DNA of 63,961 nucleotides, counting the filler, from Klebsormidium nitens (Eukaryota > Plantae > Klebsormidiophyceae), in the NCBI GenBank assembly GCA_000708835.1. It is 5 parts of 5 records of this genome, joined end to end, with 100 filler letters (N's around TTAATTAATTAA, not from the genome) between each part and the next. Parts side by side here need not be neighbours in the genome. Positions count along the whole stretch, not along the records: positions 57,874 to 63,961 come from DF238434.1; 4 more parts are not named here. One strand, written 5' to 3'. Shown here piece by piece: positions 63,447 through 63,961 of this stretch; the first letter of the stretch is position 1; every line of letters starts with the position of its first letter. Below the pieces are notes generated by a model that had not been told where the DNA came from, did no database searches, and was given only the letters and a program-made list of their open reading frames with translations. The position numbers and the translations under genes are program-made.

Positions 63447-63961
63447 GTGAGCGGAGTCGAACAATCTTCGAAGTTGTAATTTTCAAATGTAGATGTTTTC
63501 TCTTTTTCTTTTTGAGCAAATGCAAACCGACGTGTCTGTGCATCACATCCGTGGAGGTGAGCGGAATCCAGAACCTTAAGACCCTTTGATACCAATGATC
63601 AGGTTTTAGGGGTTTGTCTCCTTTCCCTCATCGAGCACTTTCAAAACGACGTCATGTTCGTCCATCATCTGCAGAGGAGGGCCAAAAATGCGGAGGCTTT
63701 TCTAAACATAAGAGGGTGCTTCCTATAGTTGATGTACGCTCACAAAAATATGCTCGTAAAATTCCACCGTCGAGTATATAAGCTTCCGGGACTTGGTCCG
63801 CGGTTAATCGCCCAGAAGGAGCTTCCGGATCTTCTGCCGCTCAGTGCACGGTCTACCGGGATTGCGTTCTTGCAAGCTACAGCTTATTGCGTGAACACCC
63901 TCCAGCATTCGTTGTGACCTGGCCTGCTTTCGCAACTGGTCGCATGTGCGGAAATGATCTC

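Overview
Eukaryotic draft-genome window. GT-AG introns, POP4 and Thr/Pro-rich wall-protein repeats suggest a streptophyte green alga such as Klebsormidium (inference, not verified). It consists of five sequence blocks joined by artificial 100-nt spacers (44 N + TTAATTAATTAA + 44 N), so adjacency between blocks is unproven. Block 1 (1-21614) is unlike the rest: densely packed and almost intron-free. It encodes a 1026-aa orphan, a MIP/aquaporin, a protein with tandem PD-(D/E)XK-like domains, a class Ia ribonucleotide reductase small subunit, a broken MSV199/AntA-like DNA-binding gene, and two convergent ~2000-aa Gly/Ser/Thr-rich virion-fibre-like proteins. One fibre has a PA14 domain and an intact C-terminal peptidase-S74 autocleaving chaperone. 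The best reading is a giant-virus (NCLDV-like) endogenous segment, although no core hallmark gene (capsid, polB, A32 ATPase) lies in the window. Blocks 2-5 look like ordinary host chromatin: intron-rich genes (F-box-like, GRAM-domain, POP4/RPP29, a modular mucin-like Thr/Pro glycoprotein), MITEs, and pseudogene fragments (kinesin, TPR, possible copia gag). All exon models, alignments and family calls were made by eye; no database search was run.
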